A DNA stretch of 64,000 nt from an uncultured Phycisphaerales bacterium (GTDB taxonomy: Bacteria; Planctomycetota; Phycisphaerae; Tepidisphaerales; Tepidisphaeraceae): NCBI GenBank assembly GCA_963755915.1, contig CAVWLP010000003.1, forward strand, positions 64,001 through 128,000, written 5' to 3'. Below are positions 44,396 to 55,614 of the stretch, in pieces; positions within the stretch are counted from its first letter, which is position 1, and every line of letters begins with the position of its first letter. The notes beneath the pieces are model-generated. The model was not told where the DNA came from. It did not search any database and saw only the letters and a list, made by a program, of their open reading frames with translations. The translations under genes were made by a program, and so were the position numbers.

Positions 44396-45637
44396 TTAGG
44401 CCGCGTCGGCGACGATGTGCAGCGCTGGTTGGCGATCGATGTCGGGCTGGTATTCGGGGACGAACCGGCAAAGAGCCTGGACGATTTCGCGGTGAGTGGC
44501 GCTGGTGATGGCGCTTAGAGTTTGAAGCATCTGCTCAATCTGCTCCGGCGTCGCCCGGGGGAGTTGCCAGACGCGGATTTTGGGATGGCTGGTCGGGCGG
44601 GTTTGCTCGCTGGCGCAAGCGAGTTCTTCGTAGAGCTTTTCGCCGGGGCGGATGCCGGTGAATTCTATTTGGATGTCCTTGTTGGGTTTGAGGCCCCGGC
44701 CGCGGATCATTTCTTTGGCGAGTGATAATATCTTGACGGGCTTACCCATGTCGAGGATGAAGATTTCCCCGCCGCGGCCGATGGCGCCGGCCTGCATGAC
44801 GAGCTGGCTGGCTTCGGCGATGGTCATGAAATAGCGTTTCATCTCGGGGTGGGTGACGGTCACGGGGCCGCCGGCGTCGATCTGCTTGTTGAAGATGGGC
44901 ACGACGCTGCCGCTGCTGCCGAGGACGTTGCCGAATCTCACCGCGACAAATCTCGTGCGGGAATTCTCGGTGTTCAGGGATTGGACGTAGAGCTCGGCGC
45001 AGCGCTTGGTGGCGCCCATGACGCTGGTGGGATTCACGGCTTTGTCGGTGCTGACCATCACGAACGCGGCGGCGTTGCAATCGCGCGCGGCATCCGCGAC
45101 TAATCTTGTGCCCAGGACATTGTTCTTGATCGCTTCGCCGGGGTTGATCTCCATCATGGGGACGTGCTTGTGGGCGGCGCAGTGAAAAACGACGTGGGGC
45201 TCGAAGCGCTGGAAGATCTGGGAGATGCGGCGCGAATCGCCGATGTCGGCGATGACCGGGATGATTTCCGCGCCGACCCAGCGGTGGCGGAGTTCGCGGT
45301 CGATTTCGAAAAGATTGTTCTCAGCTTGATCCAGAAGGATCATCCGGCGCGGGCAGAATTTCATGGACTGGCGGCAGATTTCAGAGCCGATGCTGCCACC
45401 GGCGCCGGTGATGAGGATGTCTTTGTTGGCGAGGAAACGCTGAAGCTCGGGGGTGTCGAGGCTGACGGGGCGGCGGCCGAGGAGATTGTCTAAAAGGGGG
45501 GACGTGATTTGAGGATTTCGAGAGACGCGCTGGGCAAGCCCGGCAGCTACACGGGGAGTGGAGGCGGCGCCGCGCGTGGTTTGGCGAGGCGTTGGCTTTC
45601 GCGGCGCACGCGCGTGGGAGGGTCCGCCTGGTGGCAT
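44396..45637 (-). CDS. CapD/PglF-like nucleoside-diphosphate sugar epimerase/dehydratase (soluble domain only)
   Basis: ITGAGGSIGSE, HCAAHKHVP, STDKAVNP, MGATKR, VRFGNVLGS, RPGEKLYEEL; start uncertain. Confidence 0.9.
   Translation of the reverse strand: MPPGGPSHARAPRKPTPRQTTRGAASTPRVAAGLAQRVSRNPQITSPLLDNLLGRRPVSLDTPELQRFLANKDILITGAGGSIGSEICRQSMKFCPRRMILLDQAENNLFEIDRELRHRWVGAEIIPVIADIGDSRRISQIFQRFEPHVVFHCAAHKHVPMMEINPGEAIKNNVLGTRLVADAARDCNAAAFVMVSTDKAVNPTSVMGATKRCAELYVQSLNTENSRTRFVAVRFGNVLGSSGSVVPIFNKQIDAGGPVTVTHPEMKRYFMTIAEASQLVMQAGAIGRGGEIFILDMGKPVKILSLAKEMIRGRGLKPNKDIQIEFTGIRPGEKLYEELACASEQTRPTSHPKIRVWQLPRATPEQIEQMLQTLSAITSATHREIVQALCRFVPEYQPDIDRQPALHIVADAA
45533..45557. repeat. REP-like repeat, second copy at 48190-48214
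   Basis: GGCAAGCCCGGC(A/G)GCTACACGGGGA, 24/25 identical between the copies. Confidence 0.75.
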
Positions 45638-45813
45638 AGCGATGGTTAAAGATCGGCAAAATGAGCGATTGGCGCTTAGATATTCTCGGACGTTGGCATA
45701 CAATCCGTTGCAATTACATGTGGTTGGAAATACAGCGAAAAACCCCCTCCCCGACCCTCCCCTCTTCGAGCCTGAGCCTCAGAGCCGAAGGCCGGATTAC
45801 CGGGGGAGGGGGA

Positions 45814-47705
45814 ATGAGCGGGATTCTTGCGTTGATGGCTGTGGGACTTGCGGCGTGCGCGACACATACAGCCCCCCCACAGCAGCCGGTGGCGGCGGCG
45901 CCGACTCCTGCGACTGCGCCCTCGGTGGTGGTCAGCGATGCGCCGGCGGCAACGGATTCGGATCCGAAGGATACGCTTCCCTATCTGGCCAGCGATGAAT
46001 TGCAGGGGCGCGGCGTGGGGATGAAGGGGCTGGACATGGCGGCGGACATGATTTCAGGCGAGTTTGCCGCGGATGGTCTTAAGCCCGTGCCGGGATTGAC
46101 GGATTATTTTCAGCCGTTTGATTACACGACGCAGGGGGGGCCGGGGGCGAGGACATCGCTGGCGCTTGGGGCGCGGACGCTGAGGCTGGAGGATGATTAT
46201 CTGCCGATGCGGTTTTCGATCGAGGAGAAATTCAGCGCGCCTGCGGTTTTTGTGGGGTATGGCGTGAGCGCGCCGGAATCGGGGTATGACGATTACGCGG
46301 GAGTGGATGTGCGGGGCAAAGTGGCGATCGCGATGCGGTATGAGCCGATGAATGCGCGGAGCCAGAGCCGGCTGGTCGATGGGCCGGATGCGGGGTCATG
46401 GTCCACGCACGCGACGTTTGACGCGAAGGCGAAGGCGGCGGCGGATCATGGGGCGGTGGCGCTGCTGCTGGTGAATCCGCCGGATTCGGAGCCGGATTTG
46501 CTGTTGCCGTTTGCGGGGGCGTTTGCCAGCCCGGCGACCATCCCGGTAATCCAGGTGAAGCAGCATGTGGTGGAGGAAATTTTGGGGGCGGCACTGGCGC
46601 CGGATTTAAAAGCATTGCGCTCGCAGATCGACACGACGTTTAAGCCCTGCTCGACGGCGCTGGGGACCGTGAATGTTTCGGGGGAAGTGCAGATCGATAC
46701 GGTGACCGCGCATTTGAAGAATGTGATTGCGGTGATCCCGGGTACCGGGCCGACGGCAAATGAATATGTCGTGGTTGGGGCGCATTACGATCACCTGGGG
46801 CTGGGGCGATTGGGCGAAGCGTTTGGGCCACGGGGAAGCATTTATCATGGGGCGGATGACAACGCATCGGGGACGGCGACGCTGCTGGAGCTGGCGTCGC
46901 GATTGTCGCAGGCGCCGCCGCCGCGCGCACGATTGTGCTGATCTGTTTCACCGCGGAAGAAGAAGGGCTGGTGGGGTCGACGTATTTCATGAACCACTGC
47001 CCGATTCCGGCGGATAAGATCGTGGTGATGGTGAACCTGGACATGGTGGGACGCATTCGCGACCAGACGCTCTTTACCGGCGGGCAGGGAACAGCGAAGG
47101 ATTTCGACGCGATTTTGACGCAGGCGGATGAAGATTCGCCGCTGCAACTGAAGAGCATTGGCCGCGGCGGGCTGGGACCGAGCGATCATATGGCATTTGC
47201 ACGCCGGCATATTCCGGTGCTCTTTTTCTTCAGCGGGATTCATGCCGATTATCACCGCCCCACCGATACGGCCGACAAGATCAATTATGAAGGGATTGGG
47301 GAAGTTTGCGATTTCACGGCGAAGGTGGTTGCGGGGCTGGAGCATATGCCGCGGGATCCGTACATCGCGGAGGCGGATCGGGATTCGATGCATTTGTTTG
47401 GGACACCATTTTTCGGGGCCGACCCGATGCCGCGCGTGGAATTGGGCGTGCTGCCGGACATGGCGTCGCAGGAATCGCGCGTGGGGGTGCTGATCACGGG
47501 AACGCGGCCGGGGACGCCGGCCGAGGTGGCGGGGCTGCGCGAGGGGGATTTGCTCGTGCAGTTTGACGGGCAGAGGTTGGAAAATCTCATGGATCTGGAT
47601 CAGGCGCTGGGGCGGAGCAAGCCGGGGGATCGGGTCACGCTTCGAATCATTCGCGGGACGCAGACGCTTTCGTTTGATGTGATTCTCACGCAGAGGAAGA
47701 GTTAG
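45814..47705 (+). CDS. M28 family peptidase lipoprotein with PA and PDZ domains (frameshift ~46925)
   Basis: Lipobox LAAC, LASDELQGR, GAHYDHLG, GADDNASG, AEEEGL.GS, NLDMVG, SDH, YHRP.D, C-terminal PDZ. Confidence 0.9.
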
Positions 47706-47708
47706 GAC

Positions 47709-48143
47709 ATGGCCAAATCAGCAAGCGAAATCGGGATTGTCATCGTCGATCATGGCTCGCGCCTGGAGCAGAGCAACCGGATGCTGGAGGAGCTTGCAGG
47801 GTTGTTTGCGAAGCGGTTTTCCGAGAGATATGCGATTGTCGAGCCGGCGCATATGGAAATCGCGGAGCCGTCGATCGCCATCGCGTTTGATCGATGCGTT
47901 GCGCGGGGGGCGAAGCGCGTGGTGGTTTGTCCGTATTTTTTGGGGCCGGGCAAGCATTGGACGCAGGATATTCCCCGGTTGACTGCCGAGGCCGCGGCCA
48001 GGCATCCGGGGGTAAAATATCATGTTGCGCAGACGCTGGGGATCGATGATTTGATTTTGGATTTGCTGAACAAGCGCGTGGAGCATTGCGTTGGGTGTGA
48101 GTATGAGTGCGAGGCGTGCCGGGGGACGCTGCGGGCGGGGTGA
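47709..48143 (+). CDS. CbiX/SirB-family chelatase, short form
   Basis: VDHGSR, AHME.AEPSI, PYFL.PGKH..DIP. Confidence 0.88.
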   Translation: MAKSASEIGIVIVDHGSRLEQSNRMLEELAGLFAKRFSERYAIVEPAHMEIAEPSIAIAFDRCVARGAKRVVVCPYFLGPGKHWTQDIPRLTAEAAARHPGVKYHVAQTLGIDDLILDLLNKRVEHCVGCEYECEACRGTLRAG

Positions 48144-48228
48144 TCGGAGAGACGAAGACGCGCCGGGCCGTTCGGCATTGCTCACGACAGGCAAGCCCGG
48201 CGGCTACACGGGGACGGGGGGAAGGGCA

Positions 48229-49641
48229 TTACTCCACCTGCCTAAGCTGGATCGTATCGACGACTTTGTCGTGGGCGAGGATGTTGGTGATGACGACGAG
48301 CCATGAGCCTTCGTCGGACCAATTTTTGCGTTTGAGATAGGCCATGGCGTTGAGGATGGTTTCTTCGGGGTCTTTGCTGAACGGCATGAGGAACGGCTCC
48401 ACGCCCCAGGGAAGCAGGAGCTGACGGAAGAGGGCTTCGTCGTCGGTGAAGGCGTAGATGGGGACGCCCACGGCGCGGAGGGCGGCCAGGGTGTAGGCGA
48501 GGAAGCCGCTGCGGGTGAAGACGACGATGCCCGATTTGCCGAGCTGCTGGGCAAGCACCGCAGCCGAGCGCAGCATTTTTGCCTTGGGTTCCTTGAGCTC
48601 GATGACCTCGTTGATGCCGCGTTTTTCAGTCGGCTCGATGGTGTTGACGATATTTTTCATCACTTCCACGCATTCCAGCGGATAGAGGCCCGTGGTGGTT
48701 TCGCCAGAGAGCATGACGGCATCGGCGCGCTCGCGGACGGCGGTGGAAATGTCGGAAATTTCGGCGCGGGTGGGCATGGGGGCGGAGATCATCGATTCCA
48801 GAAGATGGGTCGCGATGATGACCGGGCGTCCTTCGGTGAGGCAAAGTTCGACGATGCGGGTCTGGACGAGGGGGAGGGTGTGGTAATCGACTTCGATTCC
48901 CAGGTCGCCGCGGGCGACCATGATGGCGTCGGCGATTTTGACAATCCCCTCGAGGTTTCGCAGGCCGCCCTGGTCTTCGATTTTGGCGATGATGCGGGCC
49001 TTGGAGCCGAGATGATCGAGCAGCGCGCGCAGGACCAGGACATCGTCGCTGCGGCGGACGAACGAGAGGGCGATGAAATCGATGCCGGCGGCGACGCCGG
49101 CGCGGACGTCGCGCTCGTCTTTTTCGGTGAGGGATGGGAGATTCACGTCGACGCCGGGCAGATTGATATGCCGTCGCGAGCCGACTTTTCCGGGCGTGAG
49201 AACCCGGCACTGAACGTGGGTTTCGTCCTTGGTGAGGACCTGAAGACGGATCAACCCGCTGTCGAGCAGGACGATATTGCCGACCTGGAGATCGAGGGGC
49301 AGGCCGGGGTAATTGACGCTGACGCCGCGGCAGCCATCGGAGGGGGTTTTCGTGTAAAACTCGAAGGTGTCGCCGACCTTGAGGTCGATCGGTTCGGCGA
49401 CGACGCCGGTGCGGATTTCGGGGCCCTTCACATCCATCATCACGGCGACGTGACGTTCCACTTCCGCCGAAACCTCGCGGATTCGCTTGACGACTTCGGC
49501 GACCCATTCACCGGTGCCGTGGGCCATGTTGAGGCGGATGACGTCGACGCCGCTGGTGACAAGCTGCTTCAGCTTGTCGCGACTTTCCGTGGAGGGACCG
49601 ATTGTGGCAATGATTTTGGTGTGTCTGTAGTGACCGCGCAT
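48229..49641 (-). CDS. pyk: Pyruvate kinase
   Basis: TKIIATIGP, RLNMAHG, KGPEIRTG, IAKIE, MVARGDLG, VMLSGET. Confidence 0.96.
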   Translation of the reverse strand: MRGHYRHTKIIATIGPSTESRDKLKQLVTSGVDVIRLNMAHGTGEWVAEVVKRIREVSAEVERHVAVMMDVKGPEIRTGVVAEPIDLKVGDTFEFYTKTPSDGCRGVSVNYPGLPLDLQVGNIVLLDSGLIRLQVLTKDETHVQCRVLTPGKVGSRRHINLPGVDVNLPSLTEKDERDVRAGVAAGIDFIALSFVRRSDDVLVLRALLDHLGSKARIIAKIEDQGGLRNLEGIVKIADAIMVARGDLGIEVDYHTLPLVQTRIVELCLTEGRPVIIATHLLESMISAPMPTRAEISDISTAVRERADAVMLSGETTTGLYPLECVEVMKNIVNTIEPTEKRGINEVIELKEPKAKMLRSAAVLAQQLGKSGIVVFTRSGFLAYTLAALRAVGVPIYAFTDDEALFRQLLLPWGVEPFLMPFSKDPEETILNAMAYLKRKNWSDEGSWLVVITNILAHDKVVDTIQLRQVE

Positions 49642-49765
49642 TTTGTTTCGCCCGTTTTTCTGTGCGCGGCTGGTTACTTTAGCGGGCGGTGAGTGTATCA
49701 GATTGGCGGGGGTTCACAAAGTTTTGTTTTGCGCTTGGGTTGGATTAGGTGGAAGAAATGCAGTG

Positions 49766-49840
49766 GAACCACGGATTACACGGATGGGCACGGATAAGAG
49801 GGATTTTTTTTATCCGTGAAATCCGTGTAATCCGTGGTTC
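49766..49840. repeat. Palindromic repeat built from CACGGAT units
   Basis: Perfect 20-bp IR GAACCACGGATTACACGGAT / ATCCGTGTAATCCGTGGTTC plus inner CACGGATAA/TTATCCGTG. Confidence 0.85.
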
Positions 49841-49851
49841 AATTCTTTAAG

Positions 49852-51294
49852 TCATTCCCCGGTTTCGGCGACGGGCGGGATGATGCGGGAGCCGATTCCC
49901 GGGTCGTCGATGATGGATGTTTCCATCGCGGGGACCGACGCCCTTCCGATTCCCGCCCCCATCAGGCGATGGGCGAAACCCTCGGACTGGTCCACTTCCC
50001 CATGCACGATCCAGGATGACGTTTGCTTGCCGAGCGTCGGCTTCAGAAATCGCAGCAGCTCGTCGCCGTCGGCGTGGGCGCTGAGGCCGTGAATCGTGCG
50101 GACCTGGCAGCGGACGTCATACCAGCGGTCGAAAATGCGGATGCGTTTCTCACCGCCCTGGAGGCGGCGGCCGAGCGTGTTGGAGGGAATGTAGCCGGTG
50201 AAGACGACCAGGTCATCCGGGGTTTCGACGCTTTGGGTGAGATGGTGAAGGATTCTGCCAAACTCGCAGGTGGGGCTGGAGGCGATGATCACGCAGGCGC
50301 CGGTTTGTGAATTGATTTTCTTGCTGTCATCGACCGAAGAGGCGAAGGTGACCCGGGACATTCCAAAGAGGTCGCCCCGACCGATCTCTGCGCGGGTTTC
50401 GTCGTCGTAGCATTCGGGGAACTGCGTGTGGATTTTGCTGATCGCCACGCCCATCGGGCTGTCGACGAAAATCGGGATCTCGGGGATTTGCTTGTGCTGG
50501 ATGAATCGCTGAATGTACCAGAGCACGGTTTGCGTGCGCCCGACGGCATAGCTCGGGAGCAGCAGGCGGCTCTTTCGCTGGATGCAGAATTTAACCGCGT
50601 CCAGGAACTGCGGGCCGACCTGGTCCATCGGGGCGTGCGTGGCATTGCCGTAGGTGCTTTCGGTGATGAGATATTCGACGGGTGCGGGAATGGGATCGGG
50701 GTCGCGAAGGATGGGGGTGTTATATCGGCCGATGTCGCCGGTGAAGAGCAACGAGCGCGAACGGCCGTTCTCGGTCCATTCGATGAGCACGTAGGCGGAG
50801 CCGAGAATGTGCCCGGCGTCGTGGAAGGTGAAGCTGACGCCTTTGCCGATGTCGGTCTTCTGGCCGTATTGGACGCGACGCATGAGGTTTATCGTGGCGG
50901 GGATATCCTGCGGCGTGTAAAGCGGGGTGAGCGGCGGCTCATGGGGGTCGCGTGTGCGGCGGTTGAGGTATTCGAGGTCTTCCATCTGGATCATCGCCGA
51001 ATCGTTGAGGACGATGCGCGCGACTTCAGCGGTGGCGGGGGTGCAAAAGATGGGGCCTTTGAAGCCGGCGCGGGTGGCGACGGGGAGCTTGCCGCAGTGA
51101 TCGAGATGGCCGTGCGAGAGAATGATCGCATCGGCGGTTTTGACGTCGGCGGGGAGGGTTTCGTTAATCTGCCGGGCCTCGTCGCGCGAGCCCTGGTAGA
51201 GGCCCATGTCCAGAAAAATTCGCAGGCCGTTCATTTCCAGAAGATGGGAAGACCCCGTGACGGTGCGGTCGGCGCCGCAGAATTGGATGCGCAT
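49852..51294 (-). CDS. MBL-fold beta-CASP ribonuclease
   Basis: VTGS, SHGHLDHCG, AGHILGS, TGDIG, ESTYG, GRTQ, SAHAD, VHGE. Confidence 0.92.
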   Translation of the reverse strand: MRIQFCGADRTVTGSSHLLEMNGLRIFLDMGLYQGSRDEARQINETLPADVKTADAIILSHGHLDHCGKLPVATRAGFKGPIFCTPATAEVARIVLNDSAMIQMEDLEYLNRRTRDPHEPPLTPLYTPQDIPATINLMRRVQYGQKTDIGKGVSFTFHDAGHILGSAYVLIEWTENGRSRSLLFTGDIGRYNTPILRDPDPIPAPVEYLITESTYGNATHAPMDQVGPQFLDAVKFCIQRKSRLLLPSYAVGRTQTVLWYIQRFIQHKQIPEIPIFVDSPMGVAISKIHTQFPECYDDETRAEIGRGDLFGMSRVTFASSVDDSKKINSQTGACVIIASSPTCEFGRILHHLTQSVETPDDLVVFTGYIPSNTLGRRLQGGEKRIRIFDRWYDVRCQVRTIHGLSAHADGDELLRFLKPTLGKQTSSWIVHGEVDQSEGFAHRLMGAGIGRASVPAMETSIIDDPGIGSRIIPPVAETGE

Positions 51295-51347
51295 GGCGGG
51301 GAGTCTAGCAGACTGTGAACCCACCGACGAATGGCTAACATAAGCCC

Positions 51348-52193
51348 ATGAATCTGGGCATCGACATCGGGGGAACTTCGGTGAAGGCGGCGGCGCTGGA
51401 AGGGGAGCGGATTGTTTGGACGGGGCAGAGCGAATTTTATTCGCGGCCGGATGCAGAGGCCTTGCAGGCGGCGATTCGCCAGGCGGTTGACGGGCGGGTT
51501 AACCGGATCGACGCGGTGGGGCTTTGCGCACCGGGGTTGCTGGATGCGGATCGAAGGGAGATTACCTACGCGATCAATGTTCCGGGAATCGCGGGAATAC
51601 CGCTGGATCGGCTTGTGCCCGATGCGGTGAAGCTTCCCGCCAGTGGTCGCGCGACCATCTGCAACGACGCGCATGCCGCCGCGTTTGACATTTTTCAGGT
51701 CCGCCGGATTTCCGATCGGCTGCTGGTGCTGACTTTGGGAACGGGGATCGGCTTGTCGGTGCTCGACAACGGCCGGGCGCTGCACGTGGAAGGCGAATCG
51801 CCCGGGCACGTTGGGCAAATCGACATTTCAATTCCCGGCGACGATGTCGTCGGACCCGACGGCGGAGCCGGTGGCCTGGAAGGATATCTCGGCGTGGCAG
51901 CACTGCGGAAACGATATGGCAACGACCTTTGGCATGCCGTCGCCGGATTCAAAGGCGACGAGACACCCATGCTCGCCCTGGTCCGGGCGATTCGCATCGT
52001 GCATGCGATTTATCGCCCCAACCATGTCTGCCTCTGCGGCGGCATCGGAATCCGGCTCCAGCATTTGCTGCCTGAACTGCGGCGGAGAATCGAAGACAAA
52101 TTGACGAATCTTGCCCGGCACGGATGGACATTCACAACCGGCGACGACCTGTTTCACGCCGCCCGCGGAGCAGCGCGGCTTGCGGGCGGTTGA
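51348..52193 (+). CDS. ROK family sugar kinase
   Basis: GIDIGGT, NDAHAAA, TLGTGIG, GHV, LEGY. Confidence 0.88.
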   Translation: MNLGIDIGGTSVKAAALEGERIVWTGQSEFYSRPDAEALQAAIRQAVDGRVNRIDAVGLCAPGLLDADRREITYAINVPGIAGIPLDRLVPDAVKLPASGRATICNDAHAAAFDIFQVRRISDRLLVLTLGTGIGLSVLDNGRALHVEGESPGHVGQIDISIPGDDVVGPDGGAGGLEGYLGVAALRKRYGNDLWHAVAGFKGDETPMLALVRAIRIVHAIYRPNHVCLCGGIGIRLQHLLPELRRRIEDKLTNLARHGWTFTTGDDLFHAARGAARLAGG

Positions 52194-52229
52194 TGTAAAG
52201 CCGTGCGGAGCGCAAACTGCCGGTTACGA

Positions 52230-52916
52230 GCCGATCGCGTAAAACGCGGCCGAGGATCGGACCCCAGGAGGTCGAGGGATTTCTGCGCACCAATTATCCG
52301 CGCGTTTGCCGGATGGCGCTGGGACTCTGCGGCAGCCAGAAGGCGGGAAACGCGGCCGTGAAACTGATCGTGCGCAAAAGTCTGCACGCTCTGCCGTGGT
52401 GCGATAGTGACGCGGAGCCGGCCAACTGGTTTGCCCATCACACGATTCTCACCTGCCGCGAGATGTCGGCTGCAACCCCCACGGCCACCGAGGACGTGCT
52501 GGTGCGCGTCATCACATCCCCCCCGCCGGGGCACATCGCGTTCGTGAAAGCACTGCGAGGTTTGCCCCGGCAGCAGATGGAAGCCTTTTTGCTTTTGCGG
52601 TGCGAGCATTTGGATGCGCGGGGCGGCCGTCGCGATGGACTGCTCCACGCAGGCGGTCGCCACGCACCACGTAGCGGCAACCAAGGCCCTCTCGGAAATC
52701 GCCGGCAACGAATTCGAAGCACGGACGGCGGAATTAATGCGGGCGTATGCGTCGCTCAGCCCCACGGAGCAACTGGTCGAGCAGAATGTGAACATCGCCG
52801 GGCGCAAAATGCGCCGCACAAGATTTTGGCGGTTCATCAAGAACCTGATCCTTCTCGCGCTTCTGGCCGGCGTGGCGTGGGTGGGGTGGCGGCTTTGGAA
52901 AATGATCATTATCTAA
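52230..52916 (+). CDS. Divergent ECF-sigma-like protein with C-terminal TM helix (frameshifted, start unclear)
   Basis: YPRVCRMA..L.G, region-4-like AL..LP.QQ.EAF.L...E.L....A.AM.CS, TM at the C-terminus. Confidence 0.55.
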
Positions 52917-52925
52917 GGAGTTACG

Positions 52926-55148
52926 ATGGCGCGGAGATCTCAGGCAATATTTCTCATCGTATTGCTCGCGGCCGGCTGCAAATCCACCGCCGTGAATTCA
53001 TCGCTCGACGTCAAAATCGGCGAGGCAACGATCCAAGCCGCGGCAGTCACTCCCACGGCATTTCGTCTCTCCGTTTCTTATGACGGCAAACCGGCGCCCG
53101 CGCATAGTATTTTTCTCGCGCCTGATCCCTCGCCGGTGCAAGCGACAACCGTCCAGGACGGCAAATGGACGGGTGTGAAAAACGCCGCCGGAGAATTGCT
53201 GATCGATCAGGCCGAGGGATTGTGGACGCTGCGCAATTCCAGCGGAAAGGAGATCATTCCTCCGGGCCCCATCAGCCAGATCAACCGTGATGTGACCAGG
53301 GGCAAGCCAACTGTGACATTAGACATCGCCTGCCCATCCGCCAAATCATTCCAGGTATACGGCTGCGGCGATGGCGCAAATTCGCTCCTTCAATCGCAGG
53401 CGCATCCGGAGCTTGGCAATGGGCACGCCGTTGTCCCCTACTACTGGAGCCCCACCGGCTACGCCGCGCTGGCCGTCAGCAATGACGACAACGAGCCGGC
53501 AAGCTGGACGGCCTCGACAGAAAGCAGCCGCGTGGAGTGGGTCTACTCCGGCACGTCCGCGGACCTCTATCTCATGCCCGCGGCGACGATGAAATCCGCC
53601 TGCCATGCCTACGCGGAATTGTCAGGACCGGCGGCCGTGCCTCCGCGGTGGACGTTTGGATATCTCCAGAGCCGCTGGGGGTGGAAGGACCGGGCCTATA
53701 TCGACGATGCGATGCACCAGTTCCTTTCCCGCAAGCTGCCGGTCGACGCGTTCATTTTTGATTTCGAGTGGTTCACCACCACGCCCGACTACGAGATACC
53801 GAAGAAGGGACTGCCGACGTACACCGATTTTTCCTTCAATCCCAAGCTGTTTCCCGATCCGGCAGACCAGATCGCCGAGATGAAGGCCAACGGGATTCAC
53901 TTCGTCGGCATTCGCAAGCCGCGGCTGGGCAACAGCGCGCTTCTGGCCATGGCGGGGGCCAAGGGATGGCTTTTTGCGCAAAACGCTTCAGACCCCGTTG
54001 ACGCCCGCAACCTGGATTTTCCCAACCCTGATGTCCGCGCCTGGTATGCGAGTCAGACCGTCCCCCTGCTTCAGCAGGGCGTCGCCGGCTGGTGGGATGA
54101 CGAAGGAGAAATCCGCTACAACCAGTATTACTGGTGGAATCAGTCCGAAGCCGACGCACTGCACCAGGTGAATCCGGATGCGCGCCTCTGGACCATCGAC
54201 CGCGCCTTCACTCCGGGCGTACAAAGATTCGGAATCGCCGCCTGGACCGGCGACATCCACGCCAACTGGACGGAGCTGGCCAAGACGCCCACGCATCTGC
54301 TGAACTGGAGCCTGGCTGGAATGACCGACTGCGCCTGCGACATCGGCGGGTTTGGCGGCAACACCACGCCCCATCTGCTGACGCGCTGGATAGAGGCCGG
54401 CGTTTTCTTTCCGGTCATGCGGACCCATTCCGAAATCACCGTCAAACCGCATTTCCCCTGGCTCTGGGGCCCCGAAGCGGAGGCCGCGATTCGCAAGGCG
54501 CTGGATTTGCGCTATCAGCTCGTGCCCTATCTCTACAGCTTGGCTCACCTGACGTACGAAACCGGCCTACCGATCATCCGCCCGATGGCGATGGAATTTC
54601 CGGACGATGCGCGCTGCGCAAACCTGTCCGACCAGTGGCTCCTCGGACCGGGCCTCATGGCCGCGCCAATCCTGGAAGACAAGGAGGCCCGGCAGGTCTA
54701 TCTGCCGGACGGGACCTGGTACGCCCTGGGCAGCGGAAAGCCAATCCAAGGCGGACGGGACATCACCGTCTCGGCAAAGCTCGACGAGATCCCCATCTTT
54801 GTCCGAGCCGGCACGATTCTGCCGATGGGTCCGGTTCTTCAGCACACCGACGATTTGCCCGGCGGACCACTGGAGGTTCATATTTATCCCGGTCACGACG
54901 CCGTGTTTACGCTCGTCGAGGATGACGGCGTTTCAACCGCTTATCTTGAGGGCATCCTCCGGCGAACGAATTTCACCTGGGACGACGCCAAACGGACTTT
55001 AAGCTGGATCGTCGATGGGCCGTATCAGGCGAAGGACATTTTTACGGAACTCCGGATTACGGTTCACGACTCCGACGGTGACCACTCAACCACCGCCCCG
55101 ATCGCCACCGGCGGTACGCAAATTATCCAAAGCCAAACCCATTTTTAA
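52926..55148 (+). CDS. GH31 glycoside hydrolase lipoprotein
   Basis: Lipobox AAGC, PPRWTFGYLQSRW, GWWDDEGE, WTGD, DIGGF, RTH. Confidence 0.92.
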   Translation: MARRSQAIFLIVLLAAGCKSTAVNSSLDVKIGEATIQAAAVTPTAFRLSVSYDGKPAPAHSIFLAPDPSPVQATTVQDGKWTGVKNAAGELLIDQAEGLWTLRNSSGKEIIPPGPISQINRDVTRGKPTVTLDIACPSAKSFQVYGCGDGANSLLQSQAHPELGNGHAVVPYYWSPTGYAALAVSNDDNEPASWTASTESSRVEWVYSGTSADLYLMPAATMKSACHAYAELSGPAAVPPRWTFGYLQSRWGWKDRAYIDDAMHQFLSRKLPVDAFIFDFEWFTTTPDYEIPKKGLPTYTDFSFNPKLFPDPADQIAEMKANGIHFVGIRKPRLGNSALLAMAGAKGWLFAQNASDPVDARNLDFPNPDVRAWYASQTVPLLQQGVAGWWDDEGEIRYNQYYWWNQSEADALHQVNPDARLWTIDRAFTPGVQRFGIAAWTGDIHANWTELAKTPTHLLNWSLAGMTDCACDIGGFGGNTTPHLLTRWIEAGVFFPVMRTHSEITVKPHFPWLWGPEAEAAIRKALDLRYQLVPYLYSLAHLTYETGLPIIRPMAMEFPDDARCANLSDQWLLGPGLMAAPILEDKEARQVYLPDGTWYALGSGKPIQGGRDITVSAKLDEIPIFVRAGTILPMGPVLQHTDDLPGGPLEVHIYPGHDAVFTLVEDDGVSTAYLEGILRRTNFTWDDAKRTLSWIVDGPYQAKDIFTELRITVHDSDGDHSTTAPIATGGTQIIQSQTHF

Positions 55149-55330
55149 CAAACCACGGCAGGCGATCAGGTTTCTTATATTGGCCACGGCGCGAGCACCG
55201 AGAGGTTAGCCCGGTCTTTCGCCGATTGCCGAAAAAACTGATTGCAAAAAGGCGTTCCCAAAACCCCGAAATGTTGCCTATTATGCAGGGAATCATCAGA
55301 ATAACGGATCACATAGGGCGCAGAGAGACG

Positions 55331-55573
55331 ATGGACACCAAACCGCAGATCGCCAGGCTTCTGATCGAGGCAGATGAAGCGATCGATTCACGAACCAACG
55401 GCCTGATGGATCGCGAGGATTTTCTGGTCCTTATCCAGCAACTTTCAGGGGTCATCCGCGATCTGCTGGTCGAGCGCGAAATCATCCATCCGACGGGTAT
55501 CGATCTTCCGACAAACTATGATTCGGCGCCGACCGACCCGCTGCAAAAATCTTCCATCCCTACGGGGGCATAG
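55331..55573 (+). CDS. Small hypothetical protein
   Basis: 80-aa ORF with a purine-rich RBS region; no family recognised. Confidence 0.45.
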   Translation: MDTKPQIARLLIEADEAIDSRTNGLMDREDFLVLIQQLSGVIRDLLVEREIIHPTGIDLPTNYDSAPTDPLQKSSIPTGA

Positions 55574-55614
55574 ATCATCTCTGAATTTTCCGCGAGCACG
55601 GCTAGCAGCTCCTC

